Shown: piece by piece, positions 1 through 9,188 of the stretch
Layout of the letters: each line of letters starts with the position of its first letter
How positions within the stretch are numbered: the stretch's first letter is position 1
Assembly (NCBI GenBank): GCA_015661155.1
Contig: JACVQK010000004.1
Location: 9,243 to 73,242 of the forward strand
Source of the DNA: Dehalococcoidia bacterium
Lineage (GTDB): Bacteria; Chloroflexota; Dehalococcoidia; Lucifugimonadales; UBA2985
Reading direction: 5' to 3'
Length of the DNA: 64,000 nucleotides
Position numbers and translations under genes: made by a program
Notes under the pieces: model-generated
Told to the model about the DNA's origin: nothing
Database searches by the model: none
Seen by the model: the letters and a program-made list of their open reading frames with translations, nothing else

Positions 1-174
1 CAAGACATGCATTATACCACCCCTCGCGAACCGCCTTGCGTCCCACCCCTGGATTCCAACTCCCCTTCAGACAGCAGGAAAGCTGCCAGAAGACGGCCAA
101 TATACGACTGTTACCGATGAGCGGAATGGCCTTCGGCGATGGCTATCGTGGAACGAGGAGCATTGCCAAACTGT

Positions 175-212
175 CCCGTTGGTCGTGGGGTCGAATCCCA
201 CCGGGCGTACCC
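175..212 (+). other. tRNA-like 3' half: variable-loop-like TGGTC, T-arm GTGGG/GTCGAAT/CCCAC, then a 7-nt acceptor-like strand CGGGCGT-A-CC. No matching 5' half in the window
   Basis: T-arm stem and loop read directly. No ACGCCCG-like 5' acceptor strand or canonical anticodon loop lies upstream. A strong hairpin follows immediately. Confidence 0.3.
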
Positions 213-223
213 GTTTACAGATA

Positions 224-258
224 CAAAGCCCCAGTCTCGCTCCGAGACTGGGGCTTTG
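224..258. terminator. Perfect 16-bp hairpin (CAAAGCCCCAGTCTCG-ctc-CGAGACTGGGGCTTTG), possible bidirectional terminator
   Basis: The inverted repeat is read directly. It is flanked by TTTGT on both strands. It sits after the tRNA-like end (+) and about 105 nt after the grdB stop (-). Confidence 0.6.
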
Positions 259-362
259 TGAATTATGTCAAGGAAGTGATTGCGAGGGCACTCTCCGCCG
301 GGGCATATGGTTGCAGTATCTCGAGAGGCCAACGCCGCCGCCTGTTGCAGTCCTCCAGCCTG

Positions 363-1643
363 CTAGCTCTTCACCTCTCTCTTGAGCGCCTCCAGGGCCT
401 GCTGAACCAGTTGCCGCCGCAGCTCCTTCTCCTCCTCGGGGGGCAGGTCCGCGTCGCCAAGGGGATGGACGATGCCGTGCCCCTGAATAACCCGGTTAGA
501 CCCCACCATCCTTGCCACCGGAGTCACCGCTGTGATCTGGACTACGGGGATACCCGCCTTCTCCATCTCAGTTCCGATCGCAGCGCCGCTGCGAGTGCTC
601 GTCCCTCAGGTGGAGGTGAGGATAACAGCGTCCACGACTCCCTTGAGCTTCTGGGCCATCTCCCGGCCCAAGCGCCGGCTGTTGCCCAGGGGATTCCCCA
701 GCCCCGACGTGGAGAGGAACTCCTCGTACAGCTTGCCGATGACCCCTGCCCGCTCCAGCTCCCGCAGGACGTCCAGGGGAACGAGCCGATTCGGGTCCTC
801 AAGCACATGGCGGGTGTCATAGCCGCGGTGGGCAACCTCGTAGTTCCCGCCCTCCAGGTTGTCGATGCCGGCGACGCTGTAGGAGCCCCAGATGGTCGCG
901 GCAGAGAGGGGGATATGATCCGGATTCCCCAGGGGCACCAGTCCCCCATCTGTGACTACGGCAATGATGGCCCTGGACATGTCACGCACCGGCGGCGGCG
1001 CTGGAACAGGCGGGAAGACGGTGACGGGGAGCTCTGACTCGAAGGGTTCCTCATTCGCCTTCGCCAGCACCATGTCCGCCATCCGCGCGGCCGCCGTCCT
1101 CTCCACCAGCTCGTCCCGGAGGATCCCGCGCGAGATGTAGCCCTCCTCAGAGGGCCGGCCAATGGGCTCCTGCCTCACCAGCTTCAGGGAGATGTGCGCC
1201 ATCCTCGCGACCACATCGCGCATGGCGGCAACGTTAGACCCGGAGTCGACGATGTAGAGCTCCTGCCTGTAGAGGTCCACCCCGGGATTCTCCGGAACCA
1301 TGGCCGTGACCGCGGGGATGCCCAGCTCGGCCTGGACAGCAGCGCAGAGAGCGCCGGCGGCCACGCCGTAGCGGCCCGCATTGAAGCAGGGGCCGGCAAC
1401 AAAGAGGTCGGCCTTGGCAGAGCGCACCATCTCCAGGACGCGGACCGACAGCTCATCCATGTTCTCCACGGCGTAGTTATCGCCGCAAACCAGGGTCTGA
1501 ACGACCTGGAATCCCTCACCTAGCGCCTGCTCCAGAACCCGACCAGGCCCCAAGGCCCCGGAATGCACCTCCAGGGACGTGCCCGCCTTCTCCTCGCCTC
1601 CGACGCCTCCAAAGAACTGATTGAGATAGTGAACCACACGCAT
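363..1643 (-). CDS. grdB: Glycine/sarcosine/betaine reductase selenoprotein B (GrdB/F/H family), Sec encoded by TGA at 606..608
   Basis: ORFs 606..1862(-) and 363..566(-) share a frame and are separated only by TGA. The joined product reads ...VDAVILTST-U-GTSTRSGAAIGTEMEKAGIPVVQITAV..., matching the Sec motif region of protein B. The start is ATG 1643 (MRVVHYLNQFFGG), 7 nt after GGGAGGAG. The tracked ORF's 70 upstream codons run through an intergenic repeat. Confidence 0.9.
579..593 (-). promoter_or_regulatory. Candidate bacterial SECIS hairpin for grdB (CGCAGC-GGC-GCTGCG), 12 nt 3' of the UGA
   Basis: The hairpin is read on the minus strand directly downstream of TGA 606..608. Confidence 0.45.
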
Positions 1644-1686
1644 TGGCATCTCCTCCCTTTCGCAGAGCGTTGCGCCCATCAGGTTG

Positions 1687-1890
1687 CTGAAAGACCCCTT
1701 CGACCATCCCCCTGTCCCCCTTCCTAGCCAGGAAGGGGGGAAAGCAGGGCGAGCCCTGCACCCACACTCAACTGTTGCTGTGCTGGTCTGACCATGTTCT
1801 ACGGTTCGTAAGGTGTGGGTCTGGGCCGTGCCCAGTGGGGGACACTCCCAGACCCCCGGCATCCCGATACGTCGGGACTACACTCCCCCT
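1687..1890 (+). repeat. Family A composite intergenic repeat, copy A1 (modules M1+M2+M3)
   Basis: It shares long near-identical blocks with 26085..26290 (inverted), 48931..49088 and other copies. It lies between the grdE stop and the grdB start. Confidence 0.9.
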
Positions 1891-1904
1891 TTTTCATCAG
1901 CCTT

Positions 1905-3170
1905 CTAATAGACGGTGATGCTGACCTTGGATGCGCCCTGGGCATTGGCAACTCCGCAGACCCGGGAGGCCGAGACCTCCCGCAGGGTGGCCAGGGCCTC
2001 TGCCGCCTCGGGGGTCCCCGCGAAAACCCGCTCAGGCCGCCCCACCGCCCATTTTATGCCGTTCCCGCCCACGTGTACGATAGCATCTACCTCCGGGTAG
2101 TTGAACAGGAGAGCCGACTCGGCCTGGCTGTCCCCGGCCGAACCCGTCACCGCGACGACGGTGCGCATTCCCATGGTCTCGCAGAGGCGGGCCGTCAGAC
2201 CCATGTCGGCATGGGGGGCACCGCCGCCGTATTTTGTCAGGAGCACCACGTCCGCTCCCAGGGTCCATTTGGCCAGGTGGGCCGCGACCATGCAGTTGCG
2301 GTCCCGCTCCTCCTCCAGGGACGCGGCGACGGTGGCGATGGAGCCAACGAAGGTGAGCTCGCCAGCCTGGTGCCGCCGGTAAAGCTCAAGGATGACGGGA
2401 TGGTTTTGATAGAAGTAGGTCTCTTCGTTGTGGTTGTTCCAGTAGGAGAGGACCACGGCTCCATCCAACCACTCGTTGGGATGCAGGGGTACGGGGATCA
2501 TCCCCTGGGTGTTGCTTCCGTATAGGATGTGCTCGTCTGCCTCACCCCCGTGCTGGTGGCCGTGGATTTGGCCGATGAAGGCGGCGCGCAGCAGCCCCTC
2601 TCGGCCCCCAACCTGGGGCCCTTCCAGATCGAAGACCTCAATCGTCGCGGGAACCCGCCGCACGGCGGCGCGCGCCAGATAGACGGAAGCCGTGACCGAT
2701 GCCAGTCTCAGCGCGTTCTGGAACGCGTGCCGTGGCAGGCCAGGGACGCCGTGGGGGATGATGACCAGGTGATGCAGGGCACCGTAGGGCGTGGCGGCAC
2801 CCGCCTCACCCCCCATCTCCAGGAGCTTGCCCCCCGCTCTGGGAAGACCCTCGTCGAGGACCGTGACCGCGGAGCCCCGGAGGACGTGGGTTGTCCCCTG
2901 CCCAGCCAGCACATAGGGGCCCAGAATGCCGGGAAAGTCCGCTCCGGAGCCCGGCTCCTTGGCACGAGGTTCGAGGATGTCGAAGATGTCGCCCACTCTG
3001 GAGGACTCCCCGGGGCAGACCGTCTCCAGGTCCACGCTCTGGAGGCGCCGATCCTTCAGAAGCAGCTGGCGCAGCTCCTCCCTGTCCACCTGGAGCCTGG
3101 TCCCGTCCAGTCGCGTGGCGTCAGCAAATTCGAGACCCGTAACCGGGTGAAGGGCGAGGGTCAGACGCAT
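1905..3170 (-). CDS. grdE: Glycine/sarcosine/betaine reductase component B alpha/beta proprotein (GrdE/GrdG/GrdI family)
   Basis: 421 aa. It sits directly upstream of grdB, as in grd operons. ATG 3170 is preceded by GGGAGGGAG. Family assignment rests on overall resemblance and context. Confidence 0.75.
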   Translation of the reverse strand: MRLTLALHPVTGLEFADATRLDGTRLQVDREELRQLLLKDRRLQSVDLETVCPGESSRVGDIFDILEPRAKEPGSGADFPGILGPYVLAGQGTTHVLRGSAVTVLDEGLPRAGGKLLEMGGEAGAATPYGALHHLVIIPHGVPGLPRHAFQNALRLASVTASVYLARAAVRRVPATIEVFDLEGPQVGGREGLLRAAFIGQIHGHQHGGEADEHILYGSNTQGMIPVPLHPNEWLDGAVVLSYWNNHNEETYFYQNHPVILELYRRHQAGELTFVGSIATVAASLEEERDRNCMVAAHLAKWTLGADVVLLTKYGGGAPHADMGLTARLCETMGMRTVVAVTGSAGDSQAESALLFNYPEVDAIVHVGGNGIKWAVGRPERVFAGTPEAAEALATLREVSASRVCGVANAQGASKVSITVY

Positions 3171-3232
3171 GGCACTCCCTCCCTTGCGTAGGCTTCTTTT
3201 CGTATCGCTGCTGGTTGTTGGACCCTCTAAGG

Positions 3233-3262
3233 TTGACTAATTGTAGAAATGTTTGCTAGAAT
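3233..3262 (+). promoter_or_regulatory. Sigma70-like promoter candidate TTGACT-N18-TAGAAT for grdC-grdA, overlapping a near-palindrome (TTGACTAATT...AATTGTCAA)
   Basis: The hexamers are read directly in the 142-nt divergent grdE/grdC intergenic region. Confidence 0.4.
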
Positions 3263-3312
3263 TGTCAACGTGCGTCTGTAAACGACGATTTTCCTCACGA
3301 GGGATGTTCGCT

Positions 3313-4764
3313 ATGGAGCTTCCCGTTGTCAGAGATGTCCGCTTCTTTCTGGCCCACACGCCGGGCCTGGTGCGCCACGGCTACAAGCCGACCCTGGATG
3401 TCGCCCGGGATCAGGCTCTCTGGAGCAAGGCCCAGGCGTACCTCCGCCCCTACGCTGATGCGGTGGCCTACGCACCCCATCAGGTCCTCCTGGGCAACCG
3501 GACGCCCGACTCGTTGACCGACCTCCCTCAGCCGTGGTACAACCACCCCTACTCAAACAGCTCCCGGAGGGGCCCTCACGGCGAGCTGATGTCAGAGGAG
3601 GAGCTCTACGGCCTCTTGAGGGCATCGGACGGGTTCGACTTCATCTGGCTGGAGGACGGTTTCGCCGCAGAGGCCCAAGGGCTCCTGGAGCGTCACCCCC
3701 TGGTCTCCAGGAAGGACCTGCAACAGATCGTGGGTGTCCCTTTCTCCAGGATAGAGGAGAAGCTGGCGGACGGCACGGGTGCTCTGCCTCTCACCCTTCG
3801 GGACGGGCGGGTCATTGGCCTCATACGGCGTCGTCTCCAGGACGACAGCAGCCTGGCAGCGGATATCCTCCTGGAGAACCTGGCCGCGAAGGCCACCGCC
3901 ACCGCGGCCCTGCGGGCCGTCCTGGAGGGGAGCGGCACGAACCCGGAGGGCGTCCAGTACGTCATTGGCTCTGGAGAGGAGGCGGTGGGAGACCGGTATA
4001 ACCGGGGAGGGGGAAACCTGGCCAAGGCCATCGCGGAGGCTGCTGGCTGTGTGGATGCCACCGGCTGCGACGTCAAATCCTTCTGCTGTGCTCCCGTCCA
4101 TGCCATGATCATCGCGGGCAGCCTCATCGCTTCGGGCGTCTACGAGAGTGTCGCCGTCGTCGGTGGCGGCTCCCTCGCCAAGCTGGGGATGAAGTTTCGG
4201 GGCCATCTGGCCAAGGAGATGCCAATACTTGAGGATGTCCTGGTGGGTTTCGCCATCCTCATGGGCCGCGACGACGGCCGTAGCCCGGTGCTCCGGCTGG
4301 ACAGCATCGGCCGCCACACCGTGGGAGTCGGGTCTGCTCAGCAGCAGATCATGGAGGCGCTGGTGAGTAAACCCCTGGACCAGGTGGGGCTGCACTTCCG
4401 CGACATGGGCAAGTACGCGACGGAGATGCATAACCCGGACATCACGGAAACCGTGGGGACGGGGAATGTCCCCCTCACCAACTACCGCGTCATCGCCGCT
4501 CTGGCGGCCCAGCGCGGGGAGATCGCATCCACCGCCGAGGCGCGAGACCGTTTCGTGGCTGAGCATGGGATGCCCGGCTTCTCCCCCACCCAGGGGCACG
4601 TTGCCTCCGCCATCCCCTACCTGGGACACGCCCTGGACAGCCTTCGGACGCGCGAGTACCAGCACGCCATGTTCCTGGCCAAGGGGAGCCTCTTTCTGGG
4701 ACGTATGACCCAGCTTTCGGACGGGGTCTCCTTCATACTGGAGGCGAACCCGGGCCAGGCATAG
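3313..4764 (+). CDS. grdC: Glycine reductase complex component C, beta subunit (GrdC)
   Basis: The N-terminus VVRDVRFFLAHTPGLVRHG..., the FabH-like middle and the C-terminal ...EMHNPDITE...GMPGFSPTQGHVASAIPYLGHA...FLAKGSLFLGRMTQLSDGVSF resemble GrdC. ATG 3313 lies 9 nt after GAGGG. ATG 3304 is an alternative start. Confidence 0.8.
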   Translation: MELPVVRDVRFFLAHTPGLVRHGYKPTLDVARDQALWSKAQAYLRPYADAVAYAPHQVLLGNRTPDSLTDLPQPWYNHPYSNSSRRGPHGELMSEEELYGLLRASDGFDFIWLEDGFAAEAQGLLERHPLVSRKDLQQIVGVPFSRIEEKLADGTGALPLTLRDGRVIGLIRRRLQDDSSLAADILLENLAAKATATAALRAVLEGSGTNPEGVQYVIGSGEEAVGDRYNRGGGNLAKAIAEAAGCVDATGCDVKSFCCAPVHAMIIAGSLIASGVYESVAVVGGGSLAKLGMKFRGHLAKEMPILEDVLVGFAILMGRDDGRSPVLRLDSIGRHTVGVGSAQQQIMEALVSKPLDQVGLHFRDMGKYATEMHNPDITETVGTGNVPLTNYRVIAALAAQRGEIASTAEARDRFVAEHGMPGFSPTQGHVASAIPYLGHALDSLRTREYQHAMFLAKGSLFLGRMTQLSDGVSFILEANPGQA

Positions 4765-4790
4765 ACACAAGACAGATACAGGAGAAAGCG

Positions 4791-5255
4791 ATGAATCTCA
4801 AAGGTAAGCACGTTATCATAGTCGGCGAGCGAGAGGGCATCCCCGGCCCGGCCATTGAGGCCTGTATGCGCAGCGCGGGGGCCGAACCGGTGCTGGTCCA
4901 GACCCAGTGCTTTGTGTGAACCTCCGCTGGCACCCTTGACCCGGAGGGTCAAGAAGAGATTCAGCAGACGGTGAAGCGCTACGGCAAGAAGGACATGGTC
5001 GTTGTCCTGGGCTCTCCCACCTCAGAGAGTGCGGAGGTCTTCGCCCGCACCCTCACCGAGGGCGATCCCTCTTGGGTCGGGCCCCTGGCAGGTGTCGCCC
5101 TGGGGTTGCCCGTTTACCACGTCCTGGAGCCCGAGATCAAGGGCCAGATTGATCCCCAGGTCTACCGGGAGCAGGTGAGCATCATGGAGTCTGTCCTGGA
5201 TGTGGAGGCGGTAATCCAGGCCGTGAGCAGTGTCCGAGGAAGCCTCGGCCTCTAG
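4791..5255 (+). CDS. grdA: Glycine reductase selenoprotein A (GrdA), Sec encoded by TGA at 4917..4919
   Basis: The gene is only partly in the ORF track (4971..5255). ATG 4791 follows GGAGAAAG. Translation reads MNLKGKHVIIVGEREGIPGPAIEACMRSAGAEPVLVQTQCFV-U-TSAGTLDPEGQ..., which is the CxxU motif of GrdA. The reading frame is continuous with 4971..5255. Confidence 0.9.
4935..4953 (+). promoter_or_regulatory. Candidate SECIS hairpin for grdA (CTTGACCC-gga-GGGTCAAG), 16 nt 3' of the UGA. An alternative outer stem is CCTCCG/CGGAGG at 4921..4949
   Basis: The inverted repeats are read directly downstream of TGA 4917..4919. Confidence 0.45.
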
Positions 5256-5390
5256 CAGGCTGCGGTCTACGTGGAGCGCTTTGGGCGGAAGGATGGCATC
5301 CCCATGTGCCGGGACTGCACTCCCTGATGATATCCTTAACAGGGTAGCGCGACACTAGCATCTGGTTGAGGAGCGGGGCGTCACGATTCT

Positions 5391-5520
5391 CCGCTTGTGG
5401 TAAGCCTGTCGAAGCATGCGAGCGGAGGGAAACTCCCGCTCATGTCCTTCGACAAGCTCAGGATGAGCGGGAACTCAGGTTATGCCCTTCCTCCGCTCGT
5501 GGTGAGCCTGTCGAACCATG
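5391..5520. repeat. Family B palindromic REP-like element, three units (CCGCTYRTGGTRAGCCTGTCGAA / TTCGACAAGCTCAGGATGAGCGG)
   Basis: The same units recur at 13865..13920, 47945..48000 and 57485..57580. Confidence 0.85.
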
Positions 5521-5613
5521 ATTTACGCAAGTGAGCACTAGCGCCCATAAAAAAGCGAGGGTGCCCCACCGGTTAACGGGGGGCACCCTCGTCCCTTCTC
5601 CGCTGATGCCGGG

Positions 5614-7510
5614 CTATTTGGCCAGCCACGTCCTCTCGAAGACGGAGAGGGTCATCATCGCGGGGGTCGGCGTCAAGATATATCCCTTCAGGTCCGGCGT
5701 GGTGCCATTGAAGACCAGTATCCACCCCAGGGAGAGTTCGAAGGTCATCTCCTGGGTGAGCTTCTTCTCTATGGCCCGGACCATCGGAGCACGCTTCACC
5801 CGGTCCATCTCGCCGGTCTGCGCCTCTATCATCGCCTGAATCTCCGCCTGCAAGGCGGGCTCGGCCGCCGTCATCCCCTCCAACATGCATTTGTTGCTGG
5901 AGCTCAGTGGATAGAGCCAGCTGTATCTGAGAAGCCGGTCATCCGGGTCCCCTTGAGTTTCTTGCAGATTGACCCCCTGTACATTGAAGTTGCACACATC
6001 GATGTAGGTCGTCTGCACCGCTTGCTCAAGGGGCTGCATGGTTATCTCGATGCCCAGCTTCTTCTTCACCTGGTCCTTGAGGAAGAGGCAATAGTTCATG
6101 AAGTTCTGGCTGTTCCTCGATATGCAGGTGGTTTCGAACCGCTTCCCCTTTCCGAACACCTCATCCAGCAGCCGGTTCGCCTCCATGATGTCCTGGTCCT
6201 TGGGCTGCCGGTAGCCAGGCCACGTCCTCAGCTCATCCTCAGGAGTGCCCCACCAGAAGGAAGGATAAGGCTCCGTGAGACCCGTCAGCAACGCCCCCGA
6301 GCGACTCCCGTACATCTGGAACAGCTGCCAGTCGTTCCGGTCCAGGGCCAGGTGAATGGCCTGCCTCACCCGCCGGTCATTGAAAGGGACCCGGTTCAGG
6401 TTGAACCTTATTCCCGAGCCCCAGGTGTGCAAGCCCACGTGGACCGCTATCCGGTCAGGGAAGTCCCGCTCCGCCTGGGACACCTGCCCGGGCAGCAGAG
6501 CGGAGCTGGCACCGCCCAGCCAGTTGATCTGCCCCGTGGCCAGGGCCGTGAACCGGGTGGTGAAGTCCTTGAGGATGTACGAGTCGATACCGTCCAAAAG
6601 CGGCAGTCCCTCCCGGAAGTAGCTGGGGTTCCGCCGGGTCTTTGTTACAACGTCGGGCTGGAACTCCAGAGGCGCAAAGGCCCCCGTGCCTGTATGAAAC
6701 CTGAAGCTCACGGGCGTACCCGTGCCCATCTCATCGAAGTGGTTGGCAACGTACCACTCTATCCACCCCTTGTCCAGCATGGGCACCGAGTAGAATACCC
6801 CCAGGGTCCTGGCCAGCACCTGGTTAAAGCTCACCACCGCGGTGTACCCCTTGGCTCCATCGGGGCAGGAGACGCCGGTGACGTGCTGCAGAGTGGCTCT
6901 CGGGACGCGCTTCGGCTCCGGCGGGCGCACATCGTACTCAACGCACCCCCTCCTCCAGCTTGAAGGTCAGGCTCAGGCCGTCGCTGGAGAGGGCCCAACT
7001 CTTGGCCAGGTCCCCGACCAGCGCTCCTGTCCCTGCCCACGGGTCATACCGCACCAGCGCGTTGTAGAGAGGGGGGACCATGGTTTCGTTGTTGGAGCTA
7101 GTAGTAACCGCCCGAAAGGTCGGTAAGGGGTTTGGCAACCCCGCCTTCATTATCCCGCCCCGCTTGGGCTCTCCCCACGCCGGCTTGTACCCCGGGAGCT
7201 GGGTGAGGGTGGCGGCAGACTGCCTGGGCGTGGCCGTGGGCGCTGCCGTGGCCGTGACCGTGGGCACTGCTGTAGCCGTGGGCACCAAGGTAGCCGTGGG
7301 CGTGGGCGCTCCCGGCACCAGGGTGGCCGTGGCCGTGGGCACCAAGGTGGCCGTGGGCACAGTGGTGGCCGTGGCCGCGGGAGCAAGGGTGGCCGTGGGC
7401 GGCGAGGTGGGCGTCGCCTTCTCGCCCGCGCACGCCAGGCCTACCCCCAGCATGGCCATTACGAGTACTGTCAGAACCTGCCCGTGACGCGCCGATATAC
7501 GCACACTCAC
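5614..7510 (-). pseudogene. ABC transporter substrate-binding lipoprotein, family 5 (peptide/nickel type), split by a 1-nt frameshift
   Basis: ORF 6938..7510 carries a signal peptide with Cys, a T/P/A-rich linker and ...GDLAKSWALSSDGLSLTFKLEEGV. ORF 5614..6930 carries the rest of an SBP_bac_5-like protein (HTGTGAFAPLEF...RNPSYF...). The frames differ by one nt at a C5 run (6946..6950). Removing one base gives a continuous ORF. Confidence 0.75.
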
Positions 7511-7794
7511 CCGTCACTTCCCAGGACAACTGCCGAGATGCTAGCATGGCATCCTGTGTTTGTCAACGAAGGGTGCCGTCTCCTGGTCTGTGAGTGGGCT
7601 GCTGTTGAGGGGAGCCATTGGCCGAACAAGGGAGGTTCGTCCCGAGAATCGGGCCTCTTCCGTCGGCAATTGTAAACCGTCAGCATTCGTGGGACACCTT
7701 CGGGCTCTGGAAAACCGAAGAGATGGAGGGTTCGTGAAGGCTCCTTCGGGGGGCAGAGCACCCTCACGCGAAAGGAGTGAGGTGGTCCCCGTTC

Positions 7795-8005
7795 TTAGGG
7801 CAGCGAGGGGGCTAACTCAAGAGAGTCTTCCGCTGTTGAACGTGGCGTGCCCTCAGGGTCTGACGATAACACATCCTGTTCCTGGGAGTACCTCCCTGGC
7901 TGTCCCTGTGGGAACACCTGGCGAGGCGTCTGATAGTCCAGGGCTTGGTGGGGCCGCTCATTGTTGTGGAAGCGCTCTTATACCTGTTCATGACCCAGGC
8001 GGCCT
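7795..8005 (-). pseudogene. C-terminal remnant of an rve-type (IS3/IS481-like) transposase
   Basis: The minus-strand translation contains ...ERFHNNERPHQALDYQTPRQVF..., the typical integrase-core C-terminus. Upstream the sequence is frame-broken and there is no N-terminal part. Confidence 0.5.
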
Positions 8006-8057
8006 GTCAACCTGCGGCGATGATGCCCACGCCCACCTCCGCTCAGGTGGCCCGCCC

Positions 8058-9188
8058 CTAATACCATCCCCGGGCCTTCATGGCCTCGGCCACCCTCCTG
8101 AGGGACACCATGTAGGCCGCATTCCGCATGTCAACCCTGTGCTCCACGGATACCGGGAGCACGTCGTGGAAGGCTTTGGTCATCTTCCGGTCGAGCCGCT
8201 GGTGCACCTCCTCCAGCTCCCAGTAGAGGCCAGAGATGTTCTGGACCCACTCGAAGTAGGAGACGGTAACCCCGCCGGCGTTGCAGAGGAAGTCGGGGAT
8301 GATGAAGACACCCTTGTCAAAGAGGATGTCGTCGGCTTCGGGGGTGGTGGGGCCGTTGGCCAACTCCGCTATTACCTTCGCCCTTATCCGGGAGGCGTTT
8401 TCCTGGGTGATGACGTTTTCCAAGGCGCTGGGCACCAGGATGTCCACCTCCATCTCCAGGAGCTCTTCGCCGGTTATCGCCCTGGTCCCGGGAAAGCCGA
8501 CGACGGAGCCAGTCCTGGCCTTGTGCTCCAGGACGGCGCGAGGGTCCAGTCCCCTGGAGTTGTAGATGCCTCCTCTTGTGTCGTTCACGGCCACGATCTT
8601 ACACCCCATGAGCTCCTTGAGCAGGATGGCACCGAAGGAGCCGACGTTTCCGTAGCCCTGGATGGCCACCGTGGCTGTTGCGAGGTCTATTCCCAGGTGC
8701 TTGGCCGCCTCCCGGACGCAGTAAACGCCCCCACGGGCGGTGGCATCGTTCCGCCCCTGGGAGCCTCCAATGGAGAGCGGCTTCCCCGTGATGACGCCAG
8801 GCGAGGGGAAGCCCTTTATCTTGCTGTACTCGTCCATCATCCAGGCCATGGTCTGAGAGTTGGTGTAGACGTCGGGGGCTGGGATGTCAATCTCCGGCCC
8901 CAGGAACTTCCAGACAGCCTGTATGTAGCCCCGGCTCAGCCTCTCCAGCTCGCCTTGAGACATGGTCCTGGGGTCGCAGATGACCCCACCCTTGGCCCCG
9001 CCGTAGGGGAGGTCCACCATGGCGCACTTCCAGGTCATCCAGGAGGCCAGTGCCCGCACCGTGTCGATGGTTTCCTGGGGATGGTAGCGGATGCCCCCCT
9101 TCATAGGGCCGCGGGCGTCGTTGTACTGGACCCGGAAGCCCTTGAAGAGCCTCAACTCGCCGTTGTCCATCCTCACCGGGAAATGCAC
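8058..9188 (-). CDS. gdhA: Glutamate dehydrogenase (Glu/Leu/Phe/Val dehydrogenase family), apparently N-terminally disrupted
   Basis: [95 protein letters not shown]. The tracked ORF begins at GTG 9188, about 30-40 codons short of typical GDHs. Confidence 0.85.
   Translation of the reverse strand: MHFPVRMDNGELRLFKGFRVQYNDARGPMKGGIRYHPQETIDTVRALASWMTWKCAMVDLPYGGAKGGVICDPRTMSQGELERLSRGYIQAVWKFLGPEIDIPAPDVYTNSQTMAWMMDEYSKIKGFPSPGVITGKPLSIGGSQGRNDATARGGVYCVREAAKHLGIDLATATVAIQGYGNVGSFGAILLKELMGCKIVAVNDTRGGIYNSRGLDPRAVLEHKARTGSVVGFPGTRAITGEELLEMEVDILVPSALENVITQENASRIRAKVIAELANGPTTPEADDILFDKGVFIIPDFLCNAGGVTVSYFEWVQNISGLYWELEEVHQRLDRKMTKAFHDVLPVSVEHRVDMRNAAYMVSLRRVAEAMKARGWY

Noticed and set aside
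1-212. tmRNA (ssrA) 3' end, or tRNA-Sec (selC) next to the grd locus.
   Set aside because: The acceptor-like strand CGGGCGT cannot form the G3:U70-containing GGGG... stem required for tmRNA. There is no UCA anticodon loop, 8-bp acceptor or long extra arm for tRNA-Sec. No tag-like reading frame ending in a hydrophobic A-A stop was seen.
606-1862. N-terminal extensions of tracked ORFs: grdB 1644..1862, ccmH 41141..41272, FNR 48918..49043, thiolase 52055..52252, fdhA-like 55684..55854, oxidoreductase 62309..62389.
   Set aside because: The extensions translate the family A repeat (peptides such as ECGCRARPA and GTAQTHTL) or run into the upstream gene. Internal starts with good RBSs match the family N-termini.
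3171-3312. Glycine riboswitch in the grdE/grdC divergent intergenic region.
   Set aside because: I could find no tandem aptamer-like conserved cores (GGAGAG...CACCG-type). The region is short and AT-richer, with promoter-like hexamers instead.
7511-7794. Riboswitch (cobalamin B12-box-like CAGACCAGGAGACGGC) or group II intron domain upstream of the SBP gene.
   Set aside because: There is only a loose resemblance to the B12 box and none of the other conserved cobalamin-riboswitch elements. The segment is contiguous with a transposase C-terminal remnant and is more simply IS-derived debris.
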